Shown here piece after piece: positions 53,218 to 64,000 of a stretch of DNA of 64,000 nucleotides. A model generated the notes under the pieces. That model worked only from the letters and a program-made list of their open reading frames with translations. It searched no databases and was not told the origin of the DNA. Each line of letters begins with the position of its first letter. Within the stretch, counting starts at the first letter, position 1. This DNA is from Novakomyces olei (taxonomy: Eukaryota), in NCBI GenBank assembly GCA_016906335.1, contig JADEYG010000007.1:1488001-1552000 (forward strand). The letters are read 5' to 3'. The position numbers and the translations under genes are program-made.

Positions 53218-55062
53218 ATGTCGAATCAGCCTCCGCGCCCGAGGCCTGCTCGTCCGCCTTCAGGAGCACAATCGAATATGCCAATTACTGGCGGCAATAA
53301 TAACGCTGGCGGCAGCTCTTCACCTGTTCCCGGGCTCGATATTTCTCAACAAAATGCGATCCGTGCTCAAATGGCGCAATTAGCGGCGCAAATGAACAGT
53401 CTACGTCAGCAGGCGCAGGTAAGTCCTGTTTCTGGTTGCGGTAGACCCGTGATCATTAGCCCTATTTACTTTTCTCGTTTATTTAAACGATTATTGACTC
53501 GAATATTTGTATTTCCTTTTACCTCTGTGGCCTACTTTTACGCTCGTTTCTTTAGACATCCTTAGCCTTGCTTGATCGTCTCATCCTGCACTACTCTACT
53601 CTTCCTCTATCACGTCTAACGGCAGGCGGCTCCACAAGAACGACTCTATATACAACAATTCCAGGCGGCAAAGCATCAGTTTGAAACTCTGTCTCAGCAA
53701 CTACAAGCTAGCGGCAGCGCTCTGCCCTCCAGCAATGCTACAAGAATCCGCCCACCACGGCCGGCGCCGCCGACCCCCACTCACACTGGTGGGGCAAGCC
53801 CCACTTCGGCCCCCACTTCGGCCCCCACTTCGGCCCCTACCTCGGCCCCCACTCCGTCGAGTATGAGTGCAGGCGGGAACGGATCGACGCCTCGGCCAGC
53901 GACTCCACAGCGCAACCCTCTGCTCCAGCAGCGACGGGTCCAGCAGATATGGCAAACGCTGCAAGAATGGTCACGGCGTGTCCAGCAGATCCGGGCCGAG
54001 CTGGCTCGGCCTGGAATTGCACGTGACCGGCAGGAAGCCTTACAGAGGGAAGACGTAGAAATATCGACACGTATCAACCAAACAAAGGAAGCCATGCAAA
54101 ACTTGATGCGACAGTATCAGCAGCAAAACCCACAGAATAATGCTGCAGCTGCCTCTGCTGGAGAAGGACAAGGCCAATCATCGCCTCAGGCTTCAGCTGC
54201 TGCTGCTCAAGCAAGATTAATGCAGCAATTACAACAGAATTCTTCCTCACAGGACCAAGGCAGTCCGGCGGCAATGGCAGGCGCAGCAAGGCCCCCGCGG
54301 CCGCCCCAGCAGGTTCGGCCTCAGGCTCAGTCGGCTGCTCAGTTTGCACAGCAGTATCAGCAAAAGATTGCGAGTCCAGTTCAGTCGAGAGGCGGCACTC
54401 CAGTAAGGCAAACGGGTTCGCCTGTGCCACAGCCAAATGCTCTGGCTGCCCGTCCGGGTTCGACTCCAGCCGGAATCTCGGCTTCGGGTTCAGCAGGCAA
54501 TATGGCCTCGGGTATAGTTGCAGGATCGGGGTCAGGATCTGCTGTAGGAGGTCCCGTTTTGTCAGCGACTTCACCAATGGCCACGGACCAGAGCTTGGAT
54601 ATTAAATCTGAACAGGCTGTCAATGCAGTACCTTCAAGGCCCACTCTAACCGGAGGATTCGCCACTGGCAGTTCGTTAACAGGAACACCCTCGATTCAAA
54701 GGCCTCCACCTTTTGAGCTACAGAGTAATAATCGGCTAGTAAGCAAGCGCAAGCTGCAGGAGCTAGTAAAGCAAATTGACCCTAACGAAAAATTGGATGC
54801 GGAAGTGGAAGAGCTGATGCTCGAAGTGGCCGATGAATTCGTCGAGTCAGTCACACACTTTGCGTGCAGACTGGCAAAGCACAGGAAATCTGACCGGTTA
54901 GAGGTTAAAGATGTGATTTTACATTTAGAACGGAATTGGAACCTTCGAATACCAGGGTTTTCCAGCGAAGACGCACGGGCAGTCCGGAAAACAAATCCTT
55001 CAAATGCGTTTATTGCAAAGCAGAATGCGATAAATACCGCCAAAGCTTTGAGCAAGGAGTAG
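53218..55062 (+). CDS. TAF12: TFIID/SAGA subunit Taf12; 1 intron
   Basis: Gln/Pro-rich N-terminus; histone fold SKRKLQELV...DEFVESVTHFACRLAKHRKSDRLEVKDVILHLERNWNLRIPGF; intron 53419-53625. Confidence 0.95.
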
Positions 55063-55514
55063 ATGCGCTGTCCGTGCAGCGTATCTTTTAATAAATTGCT
55101 CATTTAACGGGGGAGGAGGTGTATTTCATAGACGAGTCCAAGTACAGTGTAGATATTAATTCTTATTTTGATATATACATTCATAATATAAATAAATAAT
55201 ATAAATAAATTATAAAAATAAATAATACAAATAAATAGAGCCTTCGTTTGCTTTTTTCTTTTTGTATGTTCATTATGAATTCCATTCATGCTCGTCTCCA
55301 TTAATAAAGGAGAGTTTCTTTTCTATTCCAAGTCTATAATCAAAGCTGAAATCAAGTTGAATTTTCATTCATTAAAGTAGTGACAGTAATTTGTTACGCT
55401 AAAATCAAAGAATCAATACCTTCATTTAGCGAACGCGATATTTACATTCATAAATCATCCACCAAACAATACCAAATTGCTCCTATAAATTCCAAAGAAA
55501 TTATTCCCTGCGGT

Positions 55515-57004
55515 CTATGCCAACGACTGTCCCGGACTCTCCCTGACCTGTGTCGTCTTTATTTCATTCGCAGTTTTCGTTTCGTTCACAGTTTTTGTTT
55601 CATTCACAGTTTTTGTTTCGTTCACAGTTTTTGTTTCGTTCGCTGCTTTTGTTTCATTCGCAGTTTTTGTTTCAATTGAAGTTTTAGCTTCATTTGCCGT
55701 CTTCATTTCATTCATTTTCGCCCGAACAACTTCTGCAAACTGGGCAGCATGAGTTCCGCTCTTTGATCTTGAACGCGATCTAGAGACACTAGAGTTTCCT
55801 GAGGCATTTGCAGAAGAAGACTGGTTATTTACAGAGAGAAACCCTGAAGCAGCTTTAACGTTTTCACCACCACTGTCCTGCGCCTTGAGTAGATCTGTCT
55901 GTGCGGATTGAACCAGAGGCGACTCATCTTCAGAAGAGGAATCCGAATCTCCAGAAATTCCCTCCATTTCAAGAGCACGGAGCCTGTTAGCAAGACGCAC
56001 CGCTTCAATAGCGCGTCGAAACTTTTGACGGGCGTCAAAAGCAGGAGCAAGATTGGGCAAAAGATCTGGTTTGCTTTCATCTTTGGCTCGTAAACAAGAT
56101 TTGGCAATCCAATCGTGCCTCAGGGCCTGAGAGCTCGTCATACGCGTGTACGGGTCTGGGTCCAGGAGCCGGGCAATAAAGTCTTTCGCCTCGTTTGAAA
56201 TATTGTGCCAGTAGCGCTCATGGAACCTGTACCTGGCCTGCACAGTGAGCTGAGTGAGCTTTTGCTTGTCCTCCGAGTTGAAAGGCTGATACCCACAGAG
56301 CAGAGTGTATGTAACAACACCGATAGCCCACATGTCCACGGGTTTACTGTGCGCCTTATGGAGTAACAGTTCTGGAGCAGCGTACCCATAAGACCCCGCA
56401 ATGTTTGATATTTCGCTATCGTCAAACTCAAGGCGCTTTGCAATCCCAAAATCTGCCAAGACAAGGGGCGAATCCTCGCTCGGAGTAAGGTAGAGCAAGT
56501 TCTCTGGTTTAATATCGCGGTGCACTATATTGCGGCTGTGCAAGTAGTCCACTGCGCAAAGAGTCTCGTTTATAATACGGCCCGCATCCTGCTCCGTGAA
56601 AGAGCCCTTTTCACAGATCCGATCAAACAGCTCGCCGCCCGTTGCCAGCTGGGTGGCTATATAAAACTTGGACGAAGATTCAAAGGCTTCAAACAGCCTA
56701 ACAATGTGTGGGTGCGTTACACTGGCAAGCAGACTGATCTCTTCTTTCACAGACTGACTGTCGACGTCTTTAAGGTTCTTTTTGTGTATGATTTTCACCG
56801 CACACTCTCCGTACTGCTTGTGCCGCGCCTCTTTTACGATCCCAAACGATCCGGAGCCGAGAACGCGTCCAAACGTATACTGCCGCTAGCAGATAAGTAT
56901 GCGCCCATAGATTATATAGTGACTTGCTGCCCCAACAATAATAACCTTACCTTCTTCTCATAGCCCTTGGGCGTCAGCCCGCCGAGAAGTCTGCTCAGCG
57001 GCAT
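55515..57004 (-). CDS. CMK1: Ca2+/calmodulin-dependent protein kinase (Cmk1/Cmk2 type); 1 intron
   Basis: YTFGRVLGSGSFG, QLATGGELFDRI, HRDIKPENLLY, GSYGYAAPE, CaM-binding FDARQKFRRAIEAVRLANRL. Confidence 0.92.
55561..55705. repeat. Coding 18-bp tandem repeat encoding (A/V)NETKT, about 8 copies
   Basis: C-terminal KTANEAKTSIETKTANETKAANETKTVNETKTVNETKTVNETKTANEIKT. Confidence 0.9.
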
Positions 57005-57602
57005 CTGTGGGCGAAGCGCATGGCTAAGCCTTGGCCGCTTGTGAATTTACTTTTATTCGGTAATACGCAGTGGCTATATTATGCGGCCAAATCTGTAATC
57101 GTACGTACTGTATCATTATTAATATTATTGGCAATTAATATTATTGTCAATTAATGATATTCTAGTAGCATTCTCGTCGTCCATTAGGAATAATTGCCAC
57201 TTTCCTGCTCTGTAAGCTGCATCGTATAATGTATATTTTTTTGGTTTACAATACTACCGATTGACCGACAGATTATACGACAACTTGTTCTCTTTAGCAC
57301 GTAATCTGTCTAGTGTATAATAATTACAATCTCGCGACAGTATATGGTCACAATCACAGTCTCGCGACACTGCGAACAATTTAATAATTAAATAGAGATT
57401 TTTATTATATACAAAATATTATTATACACAATTAAATTATTCATACAATTTATTATATTAAACAAATAAATTAAACTAATAAATTATTATACACAATTTA
57501 TTATCAATTATTATTATATTCAACTATTATACAATCGGAGAGTGACGTTCGCCGACCGTGGGATGGAGACCGACAGTTTCAGCGTTGCTTTCTGAACAAT
57601 AT

Positions 57603-58757
57603 ATGGATCGACTCGATGCTGATTGCTGGCGTCTGGTTGTTCAAGATCTGGAGGCGCATGATGTGGCACAGCTGCAAGCGGTGAGTCGGAGTGTGCGCAG
57701 CGTGCTAGTGTCTCTGCCCTTACGAAGGGTCAATTTCACTAAACAGAGCCTTGCCGGTTTACTGGACAGTAGTGGACTTTTGGCCTGTGATGATCGGCCT
57801 CTGCCTTACCCTCGCAGTCTGCTTATCCTCCCTGAACCAGAATGGCAGCTGCTGCAACGGGAACGTGGCCGCAAGGCACCCTTTTGGCCTGGCCTACATG
57901 ATATTGATTTAATGTCGTTTCTAAAGTCTCGGCCTCTCGCGGCTATTGAATCTGTTGTGCTCGACGGGAGCGGCATTACTATGGAAACTGTACGCTGGCT
58001 CATGGCAAACTGCCCACGGCTTCAGTTTCTCTCTGTTCGATGGTGCAGTGGCTTTACCAAATTGCAGTTGGAGAGTAACATAGACGTCTTTCGAAATACC
58101 CGGGTTAAGCGTGTCGACGTCCTCGGAATTACGGGCCTCGATTTCTTCCGTCCAGAGGATAATGGCATGGAGTACGATTACGATGATTATTGGCGTGAAG
58201 CCGTCTTTGATCTCTACCTCGCCTTTGGCTCTCTACGTAATAATGGGCAGGAAGTATACTTTGACGCTCATCGGTGTACCGGTGTTTCTGGCTGCAGAGA
58301 GGAAAAGGACTCGGATGAACTTGCTCTGCCTTTACACTTGCCCCCCTGCATATGCTGCGATCGGGTTTGGCCTGAGGAAATTTGTAGGTATTGTCTGTAC
58401 ATGAGACAGTGCCAACTTTGCCGCGCCTGGGTCTGTCCGAGATGTTACCCGGCCGTGCAAATGCGCAACGATCACGCTTTGGTTGCTTACACGCGTCAGA
58501 ATATGACTATTACAGGGCTCCGCGAGCTTGGCAAGCTCAAGGCACAGACTCTTGGGCTAAAGCCAAGGGCAGTTTCTGCCGGGGGTAACATGCAAACTCG
58601 TCCTGATTCCGCTTCTACTTGCTGGCATCAGGCATCTCGAATCCGCAGTGGCGCACTCGGGCCACGGTCTGCAATTTTTCAGTTTCACGCTATTAACCAA
58701 GTGTTTTGGGAGGAGACTATTAACGATATCCTGATTAACGGTTTTCGGTGGCTATAA
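57603..58757 (+). CDS. Putative F-box protein with LRR-like segment and Cys-rich region
   Basis: MDRLDADCWRLVVQDLEAHDVAQLQAVSRSVR (F-box-like); VVLDGSGIT...CPRLQFLSVRWC (LRR-like); CICC...CRYC...CQLC...CPRC; intronless. Confidence 0.7.
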   Translation: MDRLDADCWRLVVQDLEAHDVAQLQAVSRSVRSVLVSLPLRRVNFTKQSLAGLLDSSGLLACDDRPLPYPRSLLILPEPEWQLLQRERGRKAPFWPGLHDIDLMSFLKSRPLAAIESVVLDGSGITMETVRWLMANCPRLQFLSVRWCSGFTKLQLESNIDVFRNTRVKRVDVLGITGLDFFRPEDNGMEYDYDDYWREAVFDLYLAFGSLRNNGQEVYFDAHRCTGVSGCREEKDSDELALPLHLPPCICCDRVWPEEICRYCLYMRQCQLCRAWVCPRCYPAVQMRNDHALVAYTRQNMTITGLRELGKLKAQTLGLKPRAVSAGGNMQTRPDSASTCWHQASRIRSGALGPRSAIFQFHAINQVFWEETINDILINGFRWL

Positions 58758-59271
58758 CGTGGGCCACAAAGCCAGCGGGGCATTTATCTCCTCGCTCTTG
58801 ACCTTGTGTAGGCACTCGGCCCGCTCAGAATGGTCTGTAAATTGTTTGGCCACTGTGCATTGTTTATAGCGTCTATAATTTGTTGTAGTTTACATCTCAA
58901 ATTATATTCTATCTTTAACTTTATCATTTCATCTCCCTACCCGGTCCCATGATTTAGCTGCGAGTACTCACCGCCATAGTGCCTACGGGCAATGACTCTG
59001 GCTATTCTAAAGACGACCACATTAGAGTCAGATCGGCTCCGGTGCATTATCAATTACTGCGCAAGCTATCTATCTATAATATTGATTATTACGAGTACAA
59101 AAGTACTTACTTACTGAACTAATATAACGAAATATATATAAACTAATTAGTTAATTAAGACGCGCTAAATAGTTATCTGATGGGATAATCTGATAATCTA
59201 TTTCGTACGATTATTATATCGTCATATGACGCTGACGCCGGCAACCTGGGGATCCTAAAGGCAATTTTGAG

Positions 59272-59976
59272 ATGCTCGCTCTGCCACAGCCGCCACCGAT
59301 AATACAGGCGGTTTCTCGACGGCCGTTTAGCCTGAACGAAGCGCCGACGATCCCGGTGAAACAGTTTGGCGAAGAGGCATTTATGGATGGTAATATAATA
59401 CCAATTGTTGGGGGAGAGTACAGCAACGAAGGCGTCCTACAGTACCGCGACCTGTGCCACCGTATCAAATCACTGCCGATAGAGTTGCAAAACGAGATTT
59501 TTGGCTGGACTGACTTCCACTTGGCGGCAGGACTGGGCTATTATGGTGCTGCGCTTAGATTAGTGCCGGAGGGACGGTGCGCCCCTGCTGATCTGGCCTC
59601 TTCTTGCGGCTATGTGGGCTTTTTACAGTACTTGAACAGCCACGATGCACTTGTCTATAGCTGCTCTGCAATTGACTCTGCCAGTAAGTGTGGGAATGTG
59701 GCGGTCCTGGACTGGTGGCTCCACAGTAAAAAGCCCCTGAAATATTCCACACATGCTTTTGTGGGGATAAGGCTGCCGTACCGTAAAGCTGTACACGAAT
59801 GGTGGGCTCGTAGCGGGCTTAAATTGCCCCGTGTTGGGAACGTACCTCTGGCACCACACGAGATGATTACGTATACTGAACTGCGAATTTCAATGCGCAG
59901 TATAGAGAATCGGATTGATGAGTTGGTCGCACAAAACAAAATTGCCCGGCGTTACAAGCGGCAGGCGGGCCTGTAG
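59272..59976 (+). CDS. Small protein with F-box-like motif and ankyrin-like repeats
   Basis: SLPIELQNEIFGW; DLASSCGYVGFLQYL; YSCSAIDSASKCGNVAVLDWW; intronless. Confidence 0.65.
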   Translation: MLALPQPPPIIQAVSRRPFSLNEAPTIPVKQFGEEAFMDGNIIPIVGGEYSNEGVLQYRDLCHRIKSLPIELQNEIFGWTDFHLAAGLGYYGAALRLVPEGRCAPADLASSCGYVGFLQYLNSHDALVYSCSAIDSASKCGNVAVLDWWLHSKKPLKYSTHAFVGIRLPYRKAVHEWWARSGLKLPRVGNVPLAPHEMITYTELRISMRSIENRIDELVAQNKIARRYKRQAGL

Positions 59977-60116
59977 CATATTTGTAGCAAGCAAGCCTGT
60001 TTAATTGATGCTATATTAACGTATTACTACGTATTACTACGTAATTGTACAAGATGAGGTATAGTCTGCATGTAGTCTTCTACATGCAGAGCCTTTCTAG
60101 ATGCAGTGTCATAGCC

Positions 60117-61108
60117 CTACCTCGACCACAGGCACACGCGTTTATCGTAGAAAGAGCAAGTAGCAAACAAATCGCCTCCAGCAGCCGCACCGCCATAGCA
60201 CATACTCTGATGCCGCTCAAACTTGTCGGTGATTGTAAAATTTTGCAGTGTTGGAGAGTACCGGCCGAGTCGGGCGCCAGCATGCATGGCACAAACGAGC
60301 ATTTCATGTGGCTCATACTCCTGAATACGCCAGACTCCGCCACCAACAGCAGTGCTCGATTTCCCTCTCTGTACTTGTCTGCGGTCGATTACGTGTAGTG
60401 TATCGTTATACTCGCCCGTTATGAGACTCCATTCATCAGCGGCTGGAACGAGTACGCTAACGACTCCGCTCGAATGCGTCCGCTTGTTTCGCCAAGCTAC
60501 AGAGGCACTTCGTGCATCCGACATGGCCAAAGTGCAATCGTCGCCTCCGGAAAAGAAACTGTTTGTGCTCCTTGTGTCCTGAATAGCCGTCCAGGCTTCA
60601 TAGTCATGCACTGGCCAATCTGCTACACTCTGTCCAGTCTCCAAGTCATGCACTGCAAGGTGGCCGTTAGACAGGGAGCACAGAGCATGGTTTTCCTCAG
60701 GAATCGGGGCCACACTCAGAATTAGGGTGGATAGATCTGCGCAGGTTTGGTGGGAAATAAGTCGCAAAGCAAACGAGTCCAGATCCAATTCATAGATCGA
60801 TAGCGATCCCGTTGAGTGGGCAACAAGCAGTCGCATAGGGTCTTCGTGAAGCCATTTTATGTCGAGTATGGCGCAGCAGTCAACGACACAGTGTTCCTGT
60901 CTAGTATTATTTAGTATCCACAATGCTCAAGGCGAACGTACAATTTTGTATTCGCAACGCTGTACACGATAAGTTTGCCTTTTCGCGATTGCACGGAGCC
61001 GTCCTCGAGCAAGTAAGTTCCTACTATAAGCACATTTTGTAGTATAGGCGAAAAGATGCACACATCAGCTGGGTACTCGGTGAAAGCCTCGTGTAACAGC
61101 TGTGGCAT
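60117..61108 (-). CDS. DPH7: Diphthine methylesterase-like WD40 protein; 1 intron
   Basis: YPAD, VGTYLLE...RKGKL, AILDIKW, HDYEAW, SGGDD, GGGVWRI, CAMHAG, HQSMCYG, TCSFYDK. Confidence 0.9.
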
Positions 61109-61155
61109 TATCTACATACTATGAAAATGGCTTTTAATTCGAATATATATATATT

Positions 61156-61193
61156 TATTTATTTTATTTTATTTTATTTTATTTTATTTTATT
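61156..61193. repeat. (ATTTT)n tract in the DPH7/OST2 divergent intergenic region
   Basis: Direct reading. Confidence 0.85.
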
Positions 61194-61484
61194 ATGGAGT
61201 TAATTCGTTTATTTAATTCTGTTTTGTTGTATTTAATTGTATTTCCGTCTGTTTTCGACTCCACATACTGGATGAGTTAAATTCGCCGGCAATTCTGTTT
61301 GACCATTCACTAATTTATTATGCACGCATAATATCAGTCTCAACATTGATACGCGTTGTACTCATATAAATATGAAATAAATACTAATTTATATATAAAA
61401 ATAATTTATATATATAAATGTTTGCTGTCTATAAGATATATTCATATCATTATTTTCTTTCACAGGGTTCGAACAACCATCGAG

Positions 61485-61961
61485 ATGCCTCCCAAAAAGA
61501 GTGCAGCGGCTAATCGCCGGTCAGCGCCGTCTGCCGAGAAAGAATCTGTGGCAGCGCGGATAGTAAACACAAAGGAGTCGCCATTGGTTTCATTGCAGGA
61601 CTTGTTCGAGTCGTACAAGAACAATACTGAACAGAGACTCAAATTGATCGATGCATTTCTGCTGTTCAACGTCATTGTTGCAGTCTTGCAATTTGTGTAC
61701 GTTTTCGCTGTTACCGCTTACCCCTTTAATGCGTTTCTCGCCGGGTTTGCAAGCTGCGTGGGGCAGTTTGTGCTTTTAGTGAATTTACGTATGCAAGCAA
61801 ATACTGCAAACACGGGTCTGTTTACTACGTCTAAGGCACATCCAATTTCTCAAGAAAGGTATTTGTAATAATTGGTACTAGTACTGATACGCAGGGCTTT
61901 TGCCGACTTTATTTTTGCAAGCTTAATTTTGCATGCGTTTGCCGTCAACTTTTTAGGATGA
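61485..61961 (+). CDS. OST2: Oligosaccharyltransferase subunit Ost2/DAD1; 1 intron
   Basis: RLKLIDAF, YPFNAFLAGFASCVGQFVL, ISQERAFADFIFASLILH...NFLG; 36-nt intron 61859-61894. Confidence 0.96.
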
Positions 61962-62116
61962 CGGGGTTGAGATTGCAAGCACGAAATATACAAAAGTGCT
62001 CTTGAAAAACATTAAATTATCATTTCGGTTCTATTCATACATGAATATAAAACTATATTAAGCATAATAAGTTGCTTCTATCTAGTTGTCCAGCTGTACA
62101 TCTATGCTTCTATTCC

Positions 62117-62849
62117 TCAGTCATTTTTTGATTGAAATAAATGACTTTGTTCAAATGCCTTATAGGCGGGCCGGTCGAGGCTCTTCTTGGCGACGTCGAT
62201 ATCGGTTCGTATATCCCGTATTAAAGCTTCCTTTGACACATAATCATACTCTGGTCTAATATAACCTAAAAACAATACGCGTATCGTGGAACCATAAAAG
62301 TCCTTTTCGAAAGATTTCATTATATGAATTTCCTTGACGTAAGAGAAGAATACAGAAATGTTTAAACCCAAAAAAAATAAAAAGATAGAAAAAAAAATAG
62401 GGCAGAGAAAAGAGTTAAACAAAGGCAAAACCAGTTAAAGAGAAAAGCTCCTTAAACTCCAAAGGCAATACACCAAAACGTAATGGGAATAGACTTGATT
62501 TAACGAATAATTACCACTGCGCGTTTCTCATTATGGTAGAAAGGATTCCATCCACAGCTGGCGACGTAAACAAAGTCAGTAAAAATACTCAGAGTAGCTA
62601 ACATATCATTGGGAGCACAGGACCGTCTGCAATCTGTGCAAAGCCATAGTAAACGCCGCTCGGCTGTTGTGCTAAAACCGCAGGTATATCATCATCGCTA
62701 ATATTCGCAGTCGGAATCCCTAATTCTTTCGAGCCACGGCCAAATCCGTGCACCACTGTGCCTTGGATGCTTATAGGAAAAGGCTCATTTGGATTTTCAG
62801 GGCCGGCAATTGAAGGCCGGTCCTTTGCGTCTAGAGGCGGTACTCCCAT
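62117..62849 (-). CDS. FMN1: Riboflavin kinase; 2 introns, the first apparently AT-AC (another in-frame ATG lies at 62906)
   Basis: [61 protein letters not shown]. Confidence 0.95.
62566..62606 (-). other. 41-nt AT-AC intron with U2-type signals
   Basis: ATATGTTAGCTACTCTGAGTATTTTTACTGACTTTGTTTAC; it is the only excision I found that restores PMVxSxGWNPFY. Confidence 0.85.
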
Positions 62850-63199
62850 ACTACTCTGTCCGCCGCCTTTTCTATAATGTTGGAGTATATTTGTTATATG
62901 CTCCATATTACTTGATCCAGAAATTAGGGTTAGGGTTAACCTTCCGTATATTACGGTCTAACCTCTTCATAGTGTATCGAGCCTTGGTAACATGGTATAA
63001 ACCTTGTACAAAAATAAGGTTACTTGATGTGTAAAACTGGCGAAACTTCGAATTGTATACATTATACATTGCTTAGTATGTGAACAAGTATAACTGTGTA
63101 ATTGCTAAACTCCAAGTATGCTCAGAGCACATACATCATACGAAGAATTAACGTGCCAATACCTCAGATCTAGAGCCAAGCGAGCCAAGCAAAGCAAGC

Positions 63200-63931
63200 A
63201 TGAAAGCATCAACGACGTTCTTTGTATTGGGCCTTTTCGGTATTGTATCTGCGCAGCTTATTGTTCCAAACGTCTATGGCGAGCACGAGCACCGTCCTGA
63301 GCCGGAGCAGTTGAGAGCCTTAGACAAACTCGCCCAGCTGAGAGAAGCCGCAGTGCAGGAAGAAGCTAGCCGTGGGAAGGACGATTATCGAATTCTGCCC
63401 ATGGACGGATCTACGCCTTCGGGCGCGAATGCAAATCGTTTGCTATGTGACGTACTGCCTTCAGAGCGATCTGTATCTATCTACTTTGATCTTCTCATGT
63501 CGGAGTACAATCTGGTAAGTGCTCCAATTTAACTGTACGATTAACGTAAATCCTAGGCGGATCGCATCCGTAACCAAAAGCAAAATAGCACGTTACTGGT
63601 TCCCAGCAATTTAGCGATTCAATCATTGGGATATAAGCCGTGGCAACCTCCCCAGACGGGAAACTCTATTGGGCAGGATCGGGAGAATGTATTATCCGAG
63701 GACGAAGCTCAGTCCAATATTCGGGAGTTTGTTTCGCGTCACATTGTCCCGGTGTCTCCTCTTTTGGAAGGTCGGCAATATCCTTCAATGAGTCAGTCTT
63801 CGCGCCAAATTTCTTTTGCAAGGACCGATGATGGCTCCATATACGTCAACCCGGGAAGTCGTAAAATGCTCAAGAAGCTGGCGACTTCAAACGGAGAGGT
63901 GTGGATTATTGATGGCGTACTTGACGTTTAA
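63200..63931 (+). CDS. Secreted FAS1/fasciclin-domain protein (Mug57-like); 1 intron
   Basis: Signal peptide; STLLVPSNLAIQSLGYKPW, NIREFVSRHIV, NGEVWIIDGVL; intron 63515-63556. Confidence 0.88.
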
Positions 63932-64000
63932 ATAATTTCGGGAATGGTGGGTTACGGTGGCTTTCGTTTATTCGATTATATAGTTTTTGTGCGTTCTTGT

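Noticed and set aside
61356-61484. N-terminal ORF extension or 5' UTR intron of OST2
   Set aside because: AT-rich promoter sequence with no clear donor or branch site; the ATG at 61485 suffices.
62566-62606. U12-type intron or FMN riboswitch
   Set aside because: It lacks the ATATCCTT donor and TCCTTAAC branch site, and 41 nt is too short for an FMN aptamer.
62924-62941. Telomere or chromosome-fusion remnant
   Set aside because: Only two repeat units among intact genes; better explained as promoter motifs.

Overview
Gene-dense, intron-rich fungal nuclear DNA. Rpb4, Fmn1, the Red5-like CCCH protein, eIF3d and the U2AF small subunit resemble fission-yeast proteins, so an early-diverging ascomycete (Taphrinomycotina-like) is inferred but not proven. 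I reconstructed about 35 protein-coding genes by hand, with about 68 short introns; most are housekeeping genes. No rRNA, tRNA, transposon or CRISPR feature was recognised. Main observations: (1) riboflavin kinase FMN1 is intact only if a 41-nt AT-AC intron with U2-type signals is removed, while an overlapping canonical GT-AG pair gives a frameshift; (2) 3' splice sites look relaxed (about a quarter AAG, one GAG, one AC) and sit close to the branch point; (3) the convergent photolyase and UBA3 coding regions overlap in a palindromic TCATGA; (4) several divergent promoters consist largely of AT-rich microsatellites, and others carry TTAGGG clusters; (5) two intergenic hairpin regions may be ncRNAs. 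All gene models are manual and lack transcript support.
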